Source: Eledone cirrhosa (lineage: Eukaryota). From it: a stretch of 64,000 bases of DNA. The notes under the pieces are model-generated. The model was not told the origin of the DNA. It saw only the letters and a program-made list of their open reading frames with translations, and ran no database searches. Location of the stretch: the NCBI GenBank assembly GCA_964016885.1, contig OZ024742.1, positions 321,718,001 through 321,782,000 on the forward strand, read 5' to 3'. Made by a program: the position numbers and the translations under genes. The first letter of the stretch is position 1. Each line of letters opens with the position of its first letter. Of this stretch, positions 1 through 19,200 are shown piece after piece.

Positions 1-336
1 ATAGACGGCCACTAGCCTGAAAGCTTGCCCGTCTCCGCTGGTCACGTCCAGCACCACCAGCTTACCCTCTGGGTCCAGGAAGATGGCCCGTATGGCGAGA
101 TCCAAACCTCTCCGAAAAAGCACAGCAACTCCTCCACCCGATCCAGGACGGCTGGGAGATGCGTACACATCGTAGCCGCCGAAGATCGGTGCGAAGGCCC
201 GTGCTTCGGAGATTCTGGTCTCGCTGATGGCCACTACATCTATGTTTAGTGACCTGAGGTCGTTGAGCAGGTGACCCTGCTTCCATGACGACCCCAAGCC
301 ACGCGCATTTATGCTGCCTATTCTGAGTGAGGTCAT
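1..336 (-). CDS. ORF2 N-terminus, apurinic-like (APE) endonuclease, partial
   Basis: Manual translation from the ATG at 336: MTSLRIGSINARGLGSSWKQGHLLNDLRSLNIDVVAISETRI...GGGVAVLFRR...FRLVAVY. It has the N-x-RGL, D(V/I)xxxSET and GGVAVL APE motifs. Not listed in the ORF track because it is open at the edge. Confidence 0.85.
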   Translation of the reverse strand, partial: MTSLRIGSINARGLGSSWKQGHLLNDLRSLNIDVVAISETRISEARAFAPIFGGYDVYASPSRPGSGGGVAVLFRRGLDLAIRAIFLDPEGKLVVLDVTSGDGQAFRLVAVY

Positions 337-371
337 GTTTAAAATAGAGTGGAAAAGATGGGAAAGACCAC

Positions 372-2443
372 TTACCGTACTTTTGGTAGAGGAGGGATGG
401 TTTTTACATCCCTTTTCACTTGATCGTCTGGTGAAGGGACCGTTGAATCGTCCCTTCGGCTGGTCGTCGGCTCTTCTAAGAGAATGTCTGAATATACTCT
501 TCGATTAATGGTTCCTCCTAGGTCCCTGAAATCACCAACTGCGTTGGGGAATTTCGTTTTAATGTTTGTGTATTGTTTCTGTGCTATTTTTAGCAGTCTT
601 ATGTTAGTTGGCGTTTTGATTGGTGCTGGTATTATGTAGTCCTGTTGTGAAATGTCTGTGTGTTCAATTATGTAAGTCATTAGTTTCTTGTTGTGTGTAT
701 TTATTGCCGTGCATTTGTTTTTCTGGGGGTGGGGTGGGGTTCTGCTATTTTCTTGTCGTTGTTGCTGGGTGTGTGTGTTTTGTTGTTGTGTTTGCGATGT
801 TGGTGCTTGTTGAAGGTGTTGTTGGCGGTGGTGATGGTGGTGCTGGTGTGGGTGGTGATGGTGTTGGTGGTGTTGCTGCTGTGGGTCTCTTTGCAGTAGA
901 CTTTACCCTTTTCTCATTTCTTTCCTCCCTTTTCAAAGGCGACGATGCGCTGCTTCTGCGTTTGTGCCTTCTTGCGACCTTTTGCCATCCCTCTCCCACC
1001 TCACACTCCATGTCTGATTCTGTGAGGTCGGGGAGGGGTACCAGCTCCACTCTTTCACTTGTTGTTGTTGGTGATGTTTGCACTGGAGTCTCTGTTGCAG
1101 CTGCATTTGGTATTGCTGTTGTTGTTGTTAATATTTCCACTGCTGCTGCTGTTTTTGATTTCCGTGGCGTGGGTATGGGTGCCACGGACCTATCGTTCCT
1201 GGTTGCCGCTTGTCCTGTTGCTGGTAGCCGTGGAGCCGGATTCGGAAGGAGGGGGGTTTTCTCCTTTCTCAGGGTCTTCTCGTTGCAGAAGGCCCTGAGG
1301 TGAGTCTTCGATCCACAGCGAAAGCATTTCGGGCGTTTGCCCTCAACACTTATGGGCAGTTGAGTGCCGTTATCGAAGTCTATCACATCCGGGATAGCTT
1401 CGATGCACTCCTGGTTGGTTTGGATTAGCATCTCAATGGAGGAGCCGACCCAATCTTCTCTTACTTTTTTCTGTACTTGCAGTACAGTTGTTTTGTCCTC
1501 GATTCCGATTAGGACAGACGCGGCCAGCCAAGAAGGGGTCATTCCGGGGGGGACGTGGGTCAGTTTGACCCTCACAATTTTTTGCCCGCAGTAGGAGGGC
1601 ACCAACACCATTTCCTCGCTCCTTAGGGTCACTACTGATTGGGCCTTTGCCTCCTGGGGTGTGGCAAAAAGTACGTCTACGGTGGCATATTTTTTTGCCT
1701 CGGGTGATGTGCGTTTTCCGCTGCCACACAGACCCCAAGGCTTTTTGTATTTGGGCCTCTGTGGCTCTTTCCACCCTACGGGATTTTGTACTTACTGTAC
1801 GGTACGTGACCGTACAGTGCTCTTGGGTTTTGAAAAATTTTTCCGCTGCCTTGCAGATTGCTCGGTGTCCGTTCTTTGTCACCATCTTCTTCGCTTCCTC
1901 TAATTCCTCATTTGTTATGAGGATTGTTTCCAAGTTTTTCGCAATACCTGCAAATGAGATTGGTTTTTCTCTGCTGTTGTTGTTGTCGTCAGAGCTGCTG
2001 GTACTTTTGTTGTTGCTGCAGGTACTACGACTACTGCCTCCGCCGCTGTTGCTGTGGTTGTTGTTGGTGTTGCTGCTGCTAATGCTGTTGTTGTTTATGC
2101 TGCTGGTGATGCTGTTGCGGCTGCTACTGTTGTTTTCATTGTCACTGTTGCAGTTGTTATTACGGCTGCTACTGCTATTATTCCTGACGTCAGACGAATG
2201 AACTGGGTTTTCGTATTTCCCGCACACCTGTTTCGTCGCTGTCGTCGTCGTCGTGGAGAAACCTTGCACGCTTTGCACGAGACTTTTCTTTTCTTTCGTC
2301 ACTTGCGAAAGAGAAGGGAGGGAGAGAGACACATTTAAAGAAGGGAGGGAGAGAGACAATCTTCTCTCTGCTGTAGTGATGATTGAGGAAGAAGAAGACG
2401 GAATGAGTGGGAGTGACGTATGAAATTTCTTTTTCGTAGCCAT
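372..2443 (-). pseudogene. Tx1-type ORF1 (gag-like, zinc knuckle), split by frameshifts
   Basis: ORFs 1433-2443, 745-1632 and 372-680 chain together. CFRCGSKTHLRAFC is a CX2CX4HX4C knuckle. An extra base in the T7 run at 1690-1696 breaks RGKK-YATVDVLF, and a second shift lies upstream of about 745. Confidence 0.75.
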
Positions 2444-2658
2444 GTTGTTTTTTGTTTAAAATGAAATTTTGGGTACAAAACCCCAATAACTGGTTATTTA
2501 ACCCCGAAGGGCCAAATAACAGACAGAAAGACCCCTCTCACGAGGAGGAGGGTGTCTTTATCAACAATTTGGTTCAAGTTTTAAACAATTTACAATTGTT
2601 TTAACGGTTAAAAATTACTATACCTTACAGAGCCGAGCCTCCGTCAACCATGGCATTC

Positions 2659-2686
<28 letters not shown>

Positions 2687-2689
<3 letters not shown>

Positions 2690-3667
2690 TTCCACAAGAG
2701 GAGTGATGTCGATAGACTCTACCTAAGGAGATCTGAGGGTGGAAGAGGTCTTATCAGCATAGAGGACTGTGTTCAGATGGAGAAAAACAACCTATACAAA
2801 TACGTGACCTATAGTAAGGAGCCAATGCTCAGAACTGTACTGAAGGAGGGGACAGTAGGCCAGGGGATGTCCAAGGAGGAAATAACATCAAGGAGGAAGA
2901 GCAGCCTTAAGGGAAAATCCCTTCATAGTACCTTCTTTGAGAAAACTGAATTTAGAGATCCACAGACATGGAACTGGTTGAGAAGAGGAGACCTCAAAAA
3001 GGCTACAGAAGGAATGCTAATGGCTGCGCAGGAGCAGGCCCTCAAAACGAAGTGGTTGAAGCACCATATCTACAAGGAGGAGGCTAGCCCACTGTGCAGG
3101 ATCTGTGGAGAGAGAGAGGAGATTGTGGCTCACATTGTGTCCGAGTGTAAACACCTAGCCCAGACCCACTATAAGGGCTGGAGACACGATGTGATGGGCA
3201 GGGTGATCCACTGGCACCTGTGCAAAGTAAACAATTTACCACATTCTGAGAAATGGTATGAGCATAGGCCAGAGGCGGTGATGGAGAACAATCAGGTGAA
3301 GGTGCTGTGGGATTTTAGGATACAGACGGACAAAAAACTGGAACACAATAGACCTGACCTGGTGGTTGTGGACAAAGAAAAAAGATCGTGTCTGATTGTG
3401 GATGTGGCCTGCCCGTTCGACACGAGAGTGCAAGAGAAGGAGAGGGAGAAAATTAACCGATACCAGGACCTAAAGTGGGAGGTGAAAAGGATTTGGAACT
3501 GCCATGAAGTCAAAGTGATCCCGATTGTCATAGGCGCACTGGGGACTATCTCCAAAAGTTTCCAGGGATGGTTAAAGAAAATCGGCCCCTTCACGCTTTT
3601 TGGAACGCTTCAAAAGGCATGCTTGCTTGGAACAGCAAGAACCCTCCGATACGTCCTGAATATCTGA
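2687..3667 (+). CDS. C-terminal part of an R4/Dong protein: end of RT thumb, CCHC zinc finger, restriction-like endonuclease
   Basis: Motifs RLYLRRSEGGRGL, CRICGEREEIVAHIVSEC, RHD, RPDLVVVD...IVDVACP...EKINRY and IPIVIGALG in an uninterrupted 326-codon frame. Confidence 0.9.
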
Positions 3668-3750
3668 GGCTGCAGGTAGTGGCTTGATATTCAATCCAAC
3701 GGACTTTCCAGTTAACCAACATCAATTACTGAGATTCAAGGAATAACAAC
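2687..3750 (+). mobile_element. 5'-truncated R4/Dong-clade RLE non-LTR retrotransposon inserted in (TAA)n
   Basis: (TAA)n lies on both sides (2659-2688 and 3751-3841), which is the known target type of Dong elements. There is a short 3'UTR after the stop at 3667. Confidence 0.88.
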
Positions 3751-3910
<160 letters not shown>

Positions 3911-4069
3911 GCGGTGTTTGCAATGATATTCATCGATTATTTCATTATCGATTTTTTTTTCATTAGTTTTCATGTAAACAATGTTTTATTTTTTATTTTT
4001 TCCTTTTAGAAAAATATGCTAATATCTTTAAATATACAAATTCTTTATTTACAAGATGCTAACTTTTAA

Positions 4070-4410
4070 CACATACATTTGTTTAACCTTGTGCAACGCC
4101 TTAGTGATTCTCGTATCACGATAAATTCTATCGTTCGCTGACGTTGCCCAATAACACTGAAACATTTCAGAATTGTTTCCCTAACTAGCTGTTAAAAGCA
4201 ATTAAAAGGCAGGGGTATCCCCCAATATGATAAAATGGATAATTATGGAAAATTTCAGACCATTTATTAACGATTCAAAGTGGTGTGCCCTTTGCATCAG
4301 ATCGAAATTCAGAATTCTGCAAGAGTTGAAATTATCTACCAAATATCTGAACTCCAAGGACGACGTCTTTAAGCGCTGATTACATTTCAAGAAATACTTA
4401 CTTTCCTGAT
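4070..4410 (+). pseudogene. Decayed Penelope-like GIY-YIG C-terminus
   Basis: Translation IKWIIMENFRPFINDSKWCALCIRSKFRIL...YLNSKDDVFKR*LHFKKY parallels WQILARTRSYNGNKRQCDLC...ILNKKSEAISACKH at 60253-60612. Confidence 0.5.
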
Positions 4411-4542
4411 GGAAGATCAGCGTCGAGTTATTGTCTCACACGGAGAAGTACAACCTTAATTTTGACATGCACACTAACAATTTGTACTGCACCACAGCTT
4501 TACTTTCTTCTCCACACTTTACACTACACTATGAACAACAGA

Positions 4543-4676
<134 letters not shown>

Positions 4677-4683
4677 ATATATA

Positions 4684-5404
4684 TGTAGTGACCTACATTC
4701 CGCGGGCTCACATACATTCTCTGTGCGTGATTTGGCTCAGTTCAGCCAATCAGCGCCAGTAGAAGAGGATGTATCCCTACGCGCCCTGAGGAAGAAATTC
4801 CCCGCGAAGATTTGAAGAATCTCGCTCTCGTACCAGAAACTTCGAGCCAGCAACACGCATAATGTAGCAGTGAGATATTGCACCCCTAGCATCGCCGGCT
4901 TAACGGCGCAATGGCACATTCCCTTTTGTAACCTCTTTTTATCTGTTACTACAACCATATAAATAAACAAACATTTCATCTCTAATTACTGCGGTTGAAG
5001 TCGTTATTATGTTACTCGTGTCTCAATAACATCTTTAATCCATGCTGCTGGAATTGGCGACCTGACGAAAGGAATATTGTAAATAGATCGAGGGACCTTC
5101 CCTCACGTCTATGTCAACAAGATAATCCAACGAGGATACTATCACTTACCACACTGGCAACTAACGACCACTGATTCTACCACCCTGCTAAAGTGGCGAT
5201 AACATCTATAACTAATACTGCTAAAGTGGTGACCCCGACGTGATTCGAACACGCAGCCTTCTGACAGCCACTGGAAAGCCGACTGATCACACGCCAGATA
5301 CCAGCCTCTGTACAACACCATTGTTTGTGCTACATCAACAAATAAACGTATATTTCATCTCTAATTTCTGCTGTTATTATGTCACTCGTATCTCGATAAC
5401 ATCT
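4684..5404 (+). mobile_element. LTR-retrotransposon remnant: LTR, tRNA-Trp PBS, short internal part and a diverged partial second LTR-like segment
   Basis: TG starts at 4684 (TGTAGTG) and 4863 (TGTAGCAGT, imperfectly inverted to ACTGCTAAA at 5217-5225). AATAAA lies near 4962 and the PBS follows immediately after 5226. Segment 5340-5404 resembles 4961-5034. Confidence 0.6.
5227..5264 (+). promoter_or_regulatory. Primer-binding site complementary to the 3' half of tRNA-Trp(CCA), including the CCA end
   Basis: The reverse complement TCAGAAGGCTGCGTGTTCGAATCACGTCGGGGTCACCA matches animal tRNA-Trp positions 39-76 as recalled. Confidence 0.85.
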
Positions 5405-5413
5405 AAAGGGAAA

Positions 5414-5650
5414 AAAGATGAAATCGAAAATGCAGCTGGAGTCTTTTTAAGAATATTTATTTGTTTCCTTTACCGGTTTCACAGTTCTTATGCGAGAAAA
5501 ACCACAAACCCTCCATCTCAATTCTAATTTTGAAAAGCATAAGAACTGTGAAACCGGTAAAGGAAACAAATAAATATTCTTAAAAAGACTCCAGTTGCAT
5601 TTTCGATTTCATCTTTATACCTTATACTTTCACTCGTGTAGGACACCTCG
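5414..5650. repeat. Penelope pseudo-LTR fragment with an 80-bp inverted repeat
   Basis: 5414-5493 is the reverse complement of 5537-5616 with one mismatch. A related single copy lies at about 45338-45510. It contains a degenerate hammerhead-like GAAA-CCGG-TA motif. Confidence 0.7.
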
Positions 5651-5659
5651 TTTTTTTTA

Positions 5660-9720
<4,061 letters not shown>

Positions 9721-10289
9721 TCTGATATGGATGATATATTCCTCGATACACGGTGGTCACTGTTAGAACGCCTTTGATCATATGTCTAGTTGATAATGGT
9801 TGACCTAGGGCTAAACAACAACGGTAACAATAAGAACAAAAACAGTAGGACCCCAATATCCACCCCACCTTCACTATTACAACCACCAACGCCATAGAAG
9901 CACATCTACTTTAGAAATAGTAGTCAAATTTCCCTCAATTACATCCCTAATGCCCAATCCAAAGATACATTAGATAATGATGTCCTAAGTTCCCTGTAGA
10001 TGGGAGAAGGACATGATGGTCACGGCTGGAACACATTTGATCATAGATTTGTTTAATCAGTGCCAGCCTGGGCCTAAGCAACAACGTTGGGACGGCCAGT
10101 ACGACCGCCTACAAAGTCAACGTCATCAACGTTAACGAGGAAACCACTACGTGGTCTTTCCATCTGCTTGAAATAGCAGCGAAACTACCTTCAGATTACT
10201 CCCCATCGGTCTTTGAAAAGGACCTGTTGGCTATTAGGAACCGCGGTCCCTTGTCAATATAGTAGGTAGACAGGGTGGACTAGTTTTGA

Positions 10290-13200
10290 ACAACTTAACA
10301 CCACCACCACCACCACATCCACCACCACCACATCCACCACCACTACAACCACTGTCACCACCACAACCGATACCACCACCACCACTAGAACCATTGTCAG
10401 CACCACTGTCACCACCACCACCACCACCACCACTAGAACCATTGTCAGCACCACTGTCACCTCCACAACCCATACTACCACCAATAAGAACACCACCACC
10501 ACCACCACCACCACCAACACCACCACCACCACCACCAACACCACCACCACCAACACCACCACCACTAACACCACCACCACCAATACCACCAACACCACCA
10601 CCACCAACACCACCAAAACCACCAACACCACCACCACTAACACGACCACCACCAATACAACCAACACCACCACCACCAACACCACCACCACTAACACCAC
10701 CACCACCACCGATACCACCAACACCACCACCACCACCACCAACACCACCAACACCACCAACACCACCACAACCACCACAACCAACACCACCAACACAACC
10801 ACCACTAACACGACCACCACCAACACCACCACCACCAGCACTAACACGACGCCACCAATACCACCAACACCAACACCACCACCAACACCACCACCACTAA
10901 CTCGACCACCACCAATACTACCAATACCACCAACATCACCACAACCAACACCACCAACACAACCACCACTAACACAACCACAATCAACACCTGCACCACC
11001 ACCAACACAAACATCACCACTACAACCACCAACAACAACATCAACACAACCATCACCACCGTCAACAACACCAACACAACCATCACCACCGTCAACAACA
11101 CCAGCACCAACACCACCACCAGCACCAACACCACCACCAACACCACCACCAACGACAACACCACCACCAACACAATCACCACCGCCAACACCAACACCAC
11201 CACCACCACCAACACCACCATCAACATTACCACCACCACCAACACCATTACCAACACCACATCTAACACCACCACCAACACCACCACCACCGCCAATACC
11301 AACACCACCACCAACAATAACACCACCATCAACAACACCACCAACACCACCACCACCAACACCAGCAACACCACCACCACCACCACCATTACCAACTCCA
11401 CCACCACCACCACCGTCAACACCAAAACCACCACCAACAACAACACCACCATCAACACCACCACCAACACCACCACCACCACCACCACCACCACCAACAC
11501 TGCCAACACAACCATCACCAACACCACCAGCACCACCGTCAACAACAACTACACCACCAACAACAAAACCAACACCACCACCACCGCCAACACCGCTACC
11601 AACACTACCGCCAACACCAACACCACCACCAACAACAACACCACCACAAACAATGACAACAACACCACCACCAACACCATAAACACCACCACCAACACCA
11701 CCATTATTAACACCACCACTAGCACCACCGCTAAAACCAACACCACCACCATCACCACCGCCAACAGCAACACCCCACCACCGCCAACACCAACACCACC
11801 AACAACAACACCACCATCAACACCACCACCAACACCACGACCACCACCACGAACAACACCAACACCACCACCACGACCAACACCACCAATAACCAACACC
11901 ACCATACCAGCAACACCACCGCCAACACCAACACCACCACCAAATCCACCACCACCGCCAACACCACCATCAACACCACCACCAACACCACCAACAATAC
12001 CACCACCGCCAACACCACCACCACCACCACCGCCAACAACAACACCACCAACACCACCGCCACCACCAACACCACCACCAACACCACCACCAACACCAAC
12101 AATAACAACACCACCACCAAAATCAACAACAACACCACCACCAACAACAACAACACCACCACCAACACCATCAACACCACCACCACCAACAACAACAACA
12201 CCACCATCAACACCACCACCACCACCGCCAACAACAACACCACCACCAACACCACCACCATCAACACCACCACCAACACCACCACCAACACCAACACCAC
12301 CACCAACACCACCGCCACCACCAACACCAGCACCAATACCACCGCCAACACCAACACCACCACCAACACCATAACCACCGCCAACACCAACACCACCACC
12401 ACCAACACCACCATCAACACCAACACCACCACCACCAACACCACCATCAACACCACAACCATCACCACCAGCACCAGCACCAACACCGCCAACACAACCA
12501 TCACCAACACCGCCGCCACCACCGTCAACACCACCACCAACAACAACACTTACACCATCACCACCACCACTACAACCACCACCACTACCGCCAACACCAC
12601 CATCAACACCACCACCAACACCACCACCACGCAAAAACCACCACCACCAACAACAACACCTCCACCACCACCATTACCAACACCACCACCAACACCACCA
12701 CCAACAACAACACAGCCATCAACAACACCACCAACACCAACACCACCACCACCACCACCACCACCATTACGAACACCACCACCAACACCAACACCACCAC
12801 CACCAACACTACCACCACCACCACCATTACCAACACCACCACCAACACCACCACCACCGCCAACACCAACACCACCAACAACAACACCACCACCACCACC
12901 ACCACCACCACCAACAACAACACCACCACCAACACCACCACCACCAACACCACCGCCACCACCAACACCACCACCACCACCACCACCACCACCAACATCA
13001 ACAGCAACACCACCACCAACAACAACAACAACACCACCACCAACACCATCAACACCACCACCACCACCACCATCACCACCGCCAACACCAACACCCCACC
13101 ACCGCGAACACCAACACCACCACCACCAACACCACCATCAACACCACCACCAACACCACGACCACCACCACGAACAACACCAACACCAACACCAACGCCA

Positions 13201-16200
13201 ACACCACCATACCAGCAACACCACCACCAGCAACACCACCGCCAACACCAACACCACCACCAACTCCACCACCACCGCCAACACCACCATCAACACCACC
13301 ACCAACACCACCACCAATACCACCACCGCCAACACCACCAACACCATTACCAAAACCACATCTAACACAACCGCCAACTCCAACACCACCACCAACACCA
13401 CTACCACCGCCAACACCAACACCACCAACAACAACACCACCATCAACACCACAACCATCACCACCACCACCACAACACCAACACCACCACCAACACCATC
13501 AACACCACCACTAACACCAACACCACCACCAACACCATTACCAAAACCACATCTAACACAACCGCCAACTCCAACACCACCACCAACACCACTACCACCG
13601 CCAACACCAACACCACCAACAACAACACCACCATCAACACCACAACCATCACCACCACCACCACAAAACCAATACCACCACCGCCACCACCAACACCACC
13701 ACAACCAACACCACCACCACCACCAACACCATTACCAAAACCACATCTAACACAACCGCCAACACCAACACCACCACCAACACCAACACCACCAACAACA
13801 ACACCACCATCAACACCACAACCAACACCACCACCACCACAACACCAACACCACCACCAACTCCATCAACACCACCACCACCACAATTATCAACACCACC
13901 ACTAACACCAACACCACCACCGCCTCCACCAACACCACCACAACCACCACCACCACCACCACCAACACCAACAACAACACCACCACCAACATCAACAGCA
14001 ACACCACCACCAACAACAACAACACCACCACCAACACCATCAACACCACCACCACCACCACCATCACCACCGCCAACACCAACACCCCACCACCGCCAAC
14101 ACCAACACCACCACCAACACCACGACCACCACCACGAACAACACCAACACCAACACCACCGCCAACACCACCATACCAGCAACACCACCACCAACTCCAC
14201 CACCACCGCCAACACCACCATCAACACCACCACCAACACCACCACCAATACCGCCACCGCCAACACCACCAACGCCACCGCCAACAACAACACTACCATC
14301 ATCAACACCACCACCAACACCACCGCCAGCACCAACACCAGCACCAACACCACCGCCAACACCAACACCACCGCCAACACCAACACCACCACCACCACCA
14401 ACACCACCATCAACACCAACACCATTACAAACAGCACATCTAACACAACAGCCAACTCCAACACCACCACCAACACCACCACCACCGCCAATACCAACAC
14501 CACCAACAACAACACCACCATCAACACCACAACCATCACCACCAACACCAGCACCAACACCGCCAACACAACCATCACCAACACCGCCGCCACCACCGTC
14601 AACACCACCACCACCAACAACACTTACACCATCACCACCACCACCACCACCACCACCACTACCGCCAACACCACCATCAACACCACCACCAACACCACCA
14701 CCACGCAAAAACCACCACCACCAACAACAACACCTCCACCACCACCATTACCAACACCACCACCAACACCACCACCAACAACAACACAGCCATCAACAAC
14801 ACCACCAACACCAACACCACCACCACCACCACCACCACCATTACGAACACCACCACCAACACCAACACCACCACCACCAACACTACCACCACCACCACCA
14901 TTACCAACACCACCACCAACACCACCACCACCGCCAACACCAACACCACCACCAACAACAACAACACCACCACCACCACCACCATTATTAACGCCACCAC
15001 TAGCACCGCCGCTAACACCAACACCACCACCATCACCACCACCACCGCCAACACCAACAACACCACCAACAACACCACCATCAACACCACCACCAACACC
15101 ACGACCACCACCACGAACAACACCAACACCACCACCACCGCCAACACCACCATACCAGCAACACCACCACCACCAGCAACACAAACGCCAACACCAGCAC
15201 CACCACCAACTCCACCACCACCGCCAACACCATCATAAAAACCACCACCAACACCACCACCAATAACACCACCGCCAACAACAACACTACCACCAACACC
15301 ACCACCACCACCACCGCCAACAACAACACCACCACCAACACCACCACCACCAACACCACCGCCACCACCAACACCACCACCACCACCACCACCACGACCA
15401 ACATCAACAGCAACACCACCACCAACAACAACAACAACACCACCACCAACACCATCAACATCACCACCACCACCACCATCACCACCGCCAACACCAACAC
15501 CCCACCACCGCCAACGCCAACACCACCACCACCAACACCACCATCAACACCACCACCAACACCACGACCACCACCACGAACAACACCAACACCACCACCA
15601 CGAACAACACCAACACCAACACCAACGCCAACACCACCATACCAGCAACACCACCACCAGCAACACCACGGCCAACACCAACACCACCACCAACTCCACC
15701 ACCACCGCCAACACCACCATCAATACCACCACCAACACCACCACCAATACCACCACCGCCAACACCACCAACACCACCGCCAACACCAACACCACCAACA
15801 ACAACACCACCATCAACACCACAACCAACACCACCACCACCACCACCACCACCACCAACACCGCCTCCACCACCACCACCAACACCACCAGCACCGCCAA
15901 CACCACTACCAACACTACCGCCAACACCAACACCACCACCACCAACACTACCACCACCACCACCACCATTACCAACACCACCACCACCAACACTACCACC
16001 CCCACCCCCACCATTACCAACACCACCACCAACACCACCAACACTACCACCACCACCACCACCATTACCAACACCACCGCCAACACCACCGCCAACACCA
16101 ACACCACCACCAACACCACCACCACCGCCAACACCAACGCCACCACCAACAACACAGCCATCAACACCACCACCAATACCACCACCACCACCACAACCAC

Positions 16201-19200
16201 CACCATTACTAACACCACCGCCAACACCAACACCACCACCACCAACACCACCACCACCGCCAACACCAACACCACCACCAACAACAACACAACCATCAAC
16301 ACAACCACCAACACCACCACCACCACCACCACCACCACCACCACCACCACCACCACCATCAACACCATCACCACCACCACCACTACCGCCACCACCAGCA
16401 TCAACACCTCCATCAACACCACCAATAACACCACCATCAACACTACCACCACCACCAACACCATTACCAAAACCACATCTAACACAACCGCCAACTCCAA
16501 CACCACCACCAACACCACTACCACCGCCAACACCAACACCACCAACAACAACACCACCATCAACACCACAACCATCACCACCACCACCACAACACCAACA
16601 CCACCACCAACACCATCAACACCACCACCACTACAATTATCAACACCACCACTAACACCAACACCACCACCAACACCATTACCAAAACCACATCTAACAC
16701 AACCGCCAACTCCAACACCACCACCAACACCACTACCACCGCCAACTCCAACACCACCACCAACACCACAACCATCACCACAACCACCACAACACCAACA
16801 CCACCACCAACACCATCAACACCACCACCACCACAATTATCAACACCACCACTAACACCAACACCACCAACACCATTACCAAAACCACATCTAACACAAC
16901 CGCCAACTCCAACACCACCACCAACACCACCAACAACAATACCACCATCAACACCACAACCAACACCACCACCACCACAACACCAATACCACCACCGCCA
17001 CCACCAACACCACCACAACCACCACCACCACCACCACCAACACCATTACCAAAACCACATCTAACACAACCGCCAACACCAACACCACCACTAACACCAA
17101 CACCACCAACAACAACACCACCATCAACACCACAACCAACACCACCACCACCACAACACCAACACCACCACCAACACCATCAACACCACCACCACCACCA
17201 CAATTATCAACACCACCACTAACACCAACACCACCACCGCCTCCACCAACACCACCACAACCACCACCACCACCACCACCAACACCAACAACAACAACAC
17301 CACCACCAACATCAACAGCAACACCACCACCAACAACAACAACACCACCACCAACACCATCAACACCACCACCACCACCACCATCACCACCGCCAACACC
17401 AACACCCCACCACCGCGAACACCAACACCACCACCACCAACACCACCATCAACACCACCACCAACACCACGACCACCACCACGAACAACACCAACACCAA
17501 CACCACCGCCAACACCACCATACCAGCAACACCACCACCAACTCCACCACCACCGCCAACACCACCACCAACAACACTTACAGCATCACCACCACCACCA
17601 CCACCACCGCCAACACCACCTCCACCACCACCACCAACACCACCAGCACCGCCAACACCACTACCAACACTACCGCCAACACCAACACCACCACCACCAT
17701 TACCAACACCACCACCAACACTACCGCCAACACCAACACCATCAACAACACCACCACCAACGCCAACACCAACGCCACCACCAACAACACAGCCATCAAC
17801 ACCACCACCAATACCACCACCACCACCACCACCACCATTACTAACACCACCACCAACACCAACACCACCACCACCATTACCAACACCACCACCAACACCA
17901 CCGCCAACACCAACACCACCACCACCAACACCACCACCACCGCCAACACCAACACCACCACCAACAACAACACAACCATCAACACAACCACCAACACCAC
18001 CACCACCACCACCACCACCACCACCACCACCACCACCACCACCACCATCAACACCATCACCACCACCACCACTACCGCCACCACCAGCATCAACACCTCC
18101 ATCAACACCACCAATAACACCACCATCAACACTACCACCACCACCAACACCATTACCAAAACCACATCTAACACAACCGCCAACTCCAACACCACCACCA
18201 ACACCACTACCACCGCCAACACCAACACCACCAACAACAACACCACCATCAACACCACAACCATCACCACCACCACCACAACACCAACACCACCACCAAC
18301 ACCATCAACACCACCACCACCACAATTATCAACACCACCACTAACACCAACACCACCACCAACACCATTACCAAAACCACATCTAACACAACCGCCAACT
18401 CCAACACCAACACCAACACCACTACCACCCCCAATACCAACACCACCAACAACAACACCACCATCAACACCACAACCAACACCACCACCACCACAACACC
18501 AATACCACCACCGCCACCACCAACACCACCACAACCACCACCACCACCACCACCAACACCATTACCAAAACCACATCTAACACAACCGCCAACACCAACA
18601 CCACCACTAACACCAACACCACCAACAACAACACCACCATCAACACCACAACCAACACCACCACCACCACAACACCAACACCACCACCAACACCATCAAC
18701 ACCACCACCACCACAATTATCAACACCACCACTAACACCAACACCACCACCGCCTCCACCAACACCACCACAACCACCACCACCACCACCACCAACACCA
18801 ACAACAACAACACCACCACCAACATCAACAGCAACACCACCACCAACAACAACACCACCACCAACACCATCAACACCACCACCACCACCACCATCACCAC
18901 CGCCAACACCAACACCCCACCACCGCGAACACCAACACCACCACCACCAACACCACCATCAACACCACCACCAACACCACGACCACCACCACGAACAACA
19001 CCAACACCAACACCACCGCCAACACCACCATACCAGCAACACCACCACCAACTCCACCACCACCGCCAACACCACCATCAACACCACCACCAACACCACC
19101 ACCAATACCGCCACCGCCAACACCACCAACACCACCGCCAACAACAACACTACCATCATCAACACCACCACCAACACCACCGCCAGCACCAACACCAGCA

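Larger units (their letters stand above)
1..2658 (-). mobile_element. Tx1/L1-clade non-LTR retrotransposon, 5' part (5'UTR, ORF1, start of ORF2), running off the left edge of the window
   Basis: The minus strand has a gag-like ORF1 with a CCHC knuckle followed by an APE endonuclease N-terminus. The 5' end abuts the (TAA)n tract at 2659. Confidence 0.85.

Noticed and set aside
620-2338. Plus-strand hydrophobic ORFs that look like membrane proteins
   Set aside because: They are antisense shadows of low-complexity parts of the Tx1 ORF1.
5227-5264. tRNA-Trp gene on the minus strand
   Set aside because: Only the 3' half is present and it includes CCA, so it derives from mature tRNA (a PBS) rather than being a gene.
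9745-10230. Repeated tails ending in (AAC)n, related to about 50778-50840
   Set aside because: Probably old SINE/LINE 3' ends, but too diverged to classify or bound.
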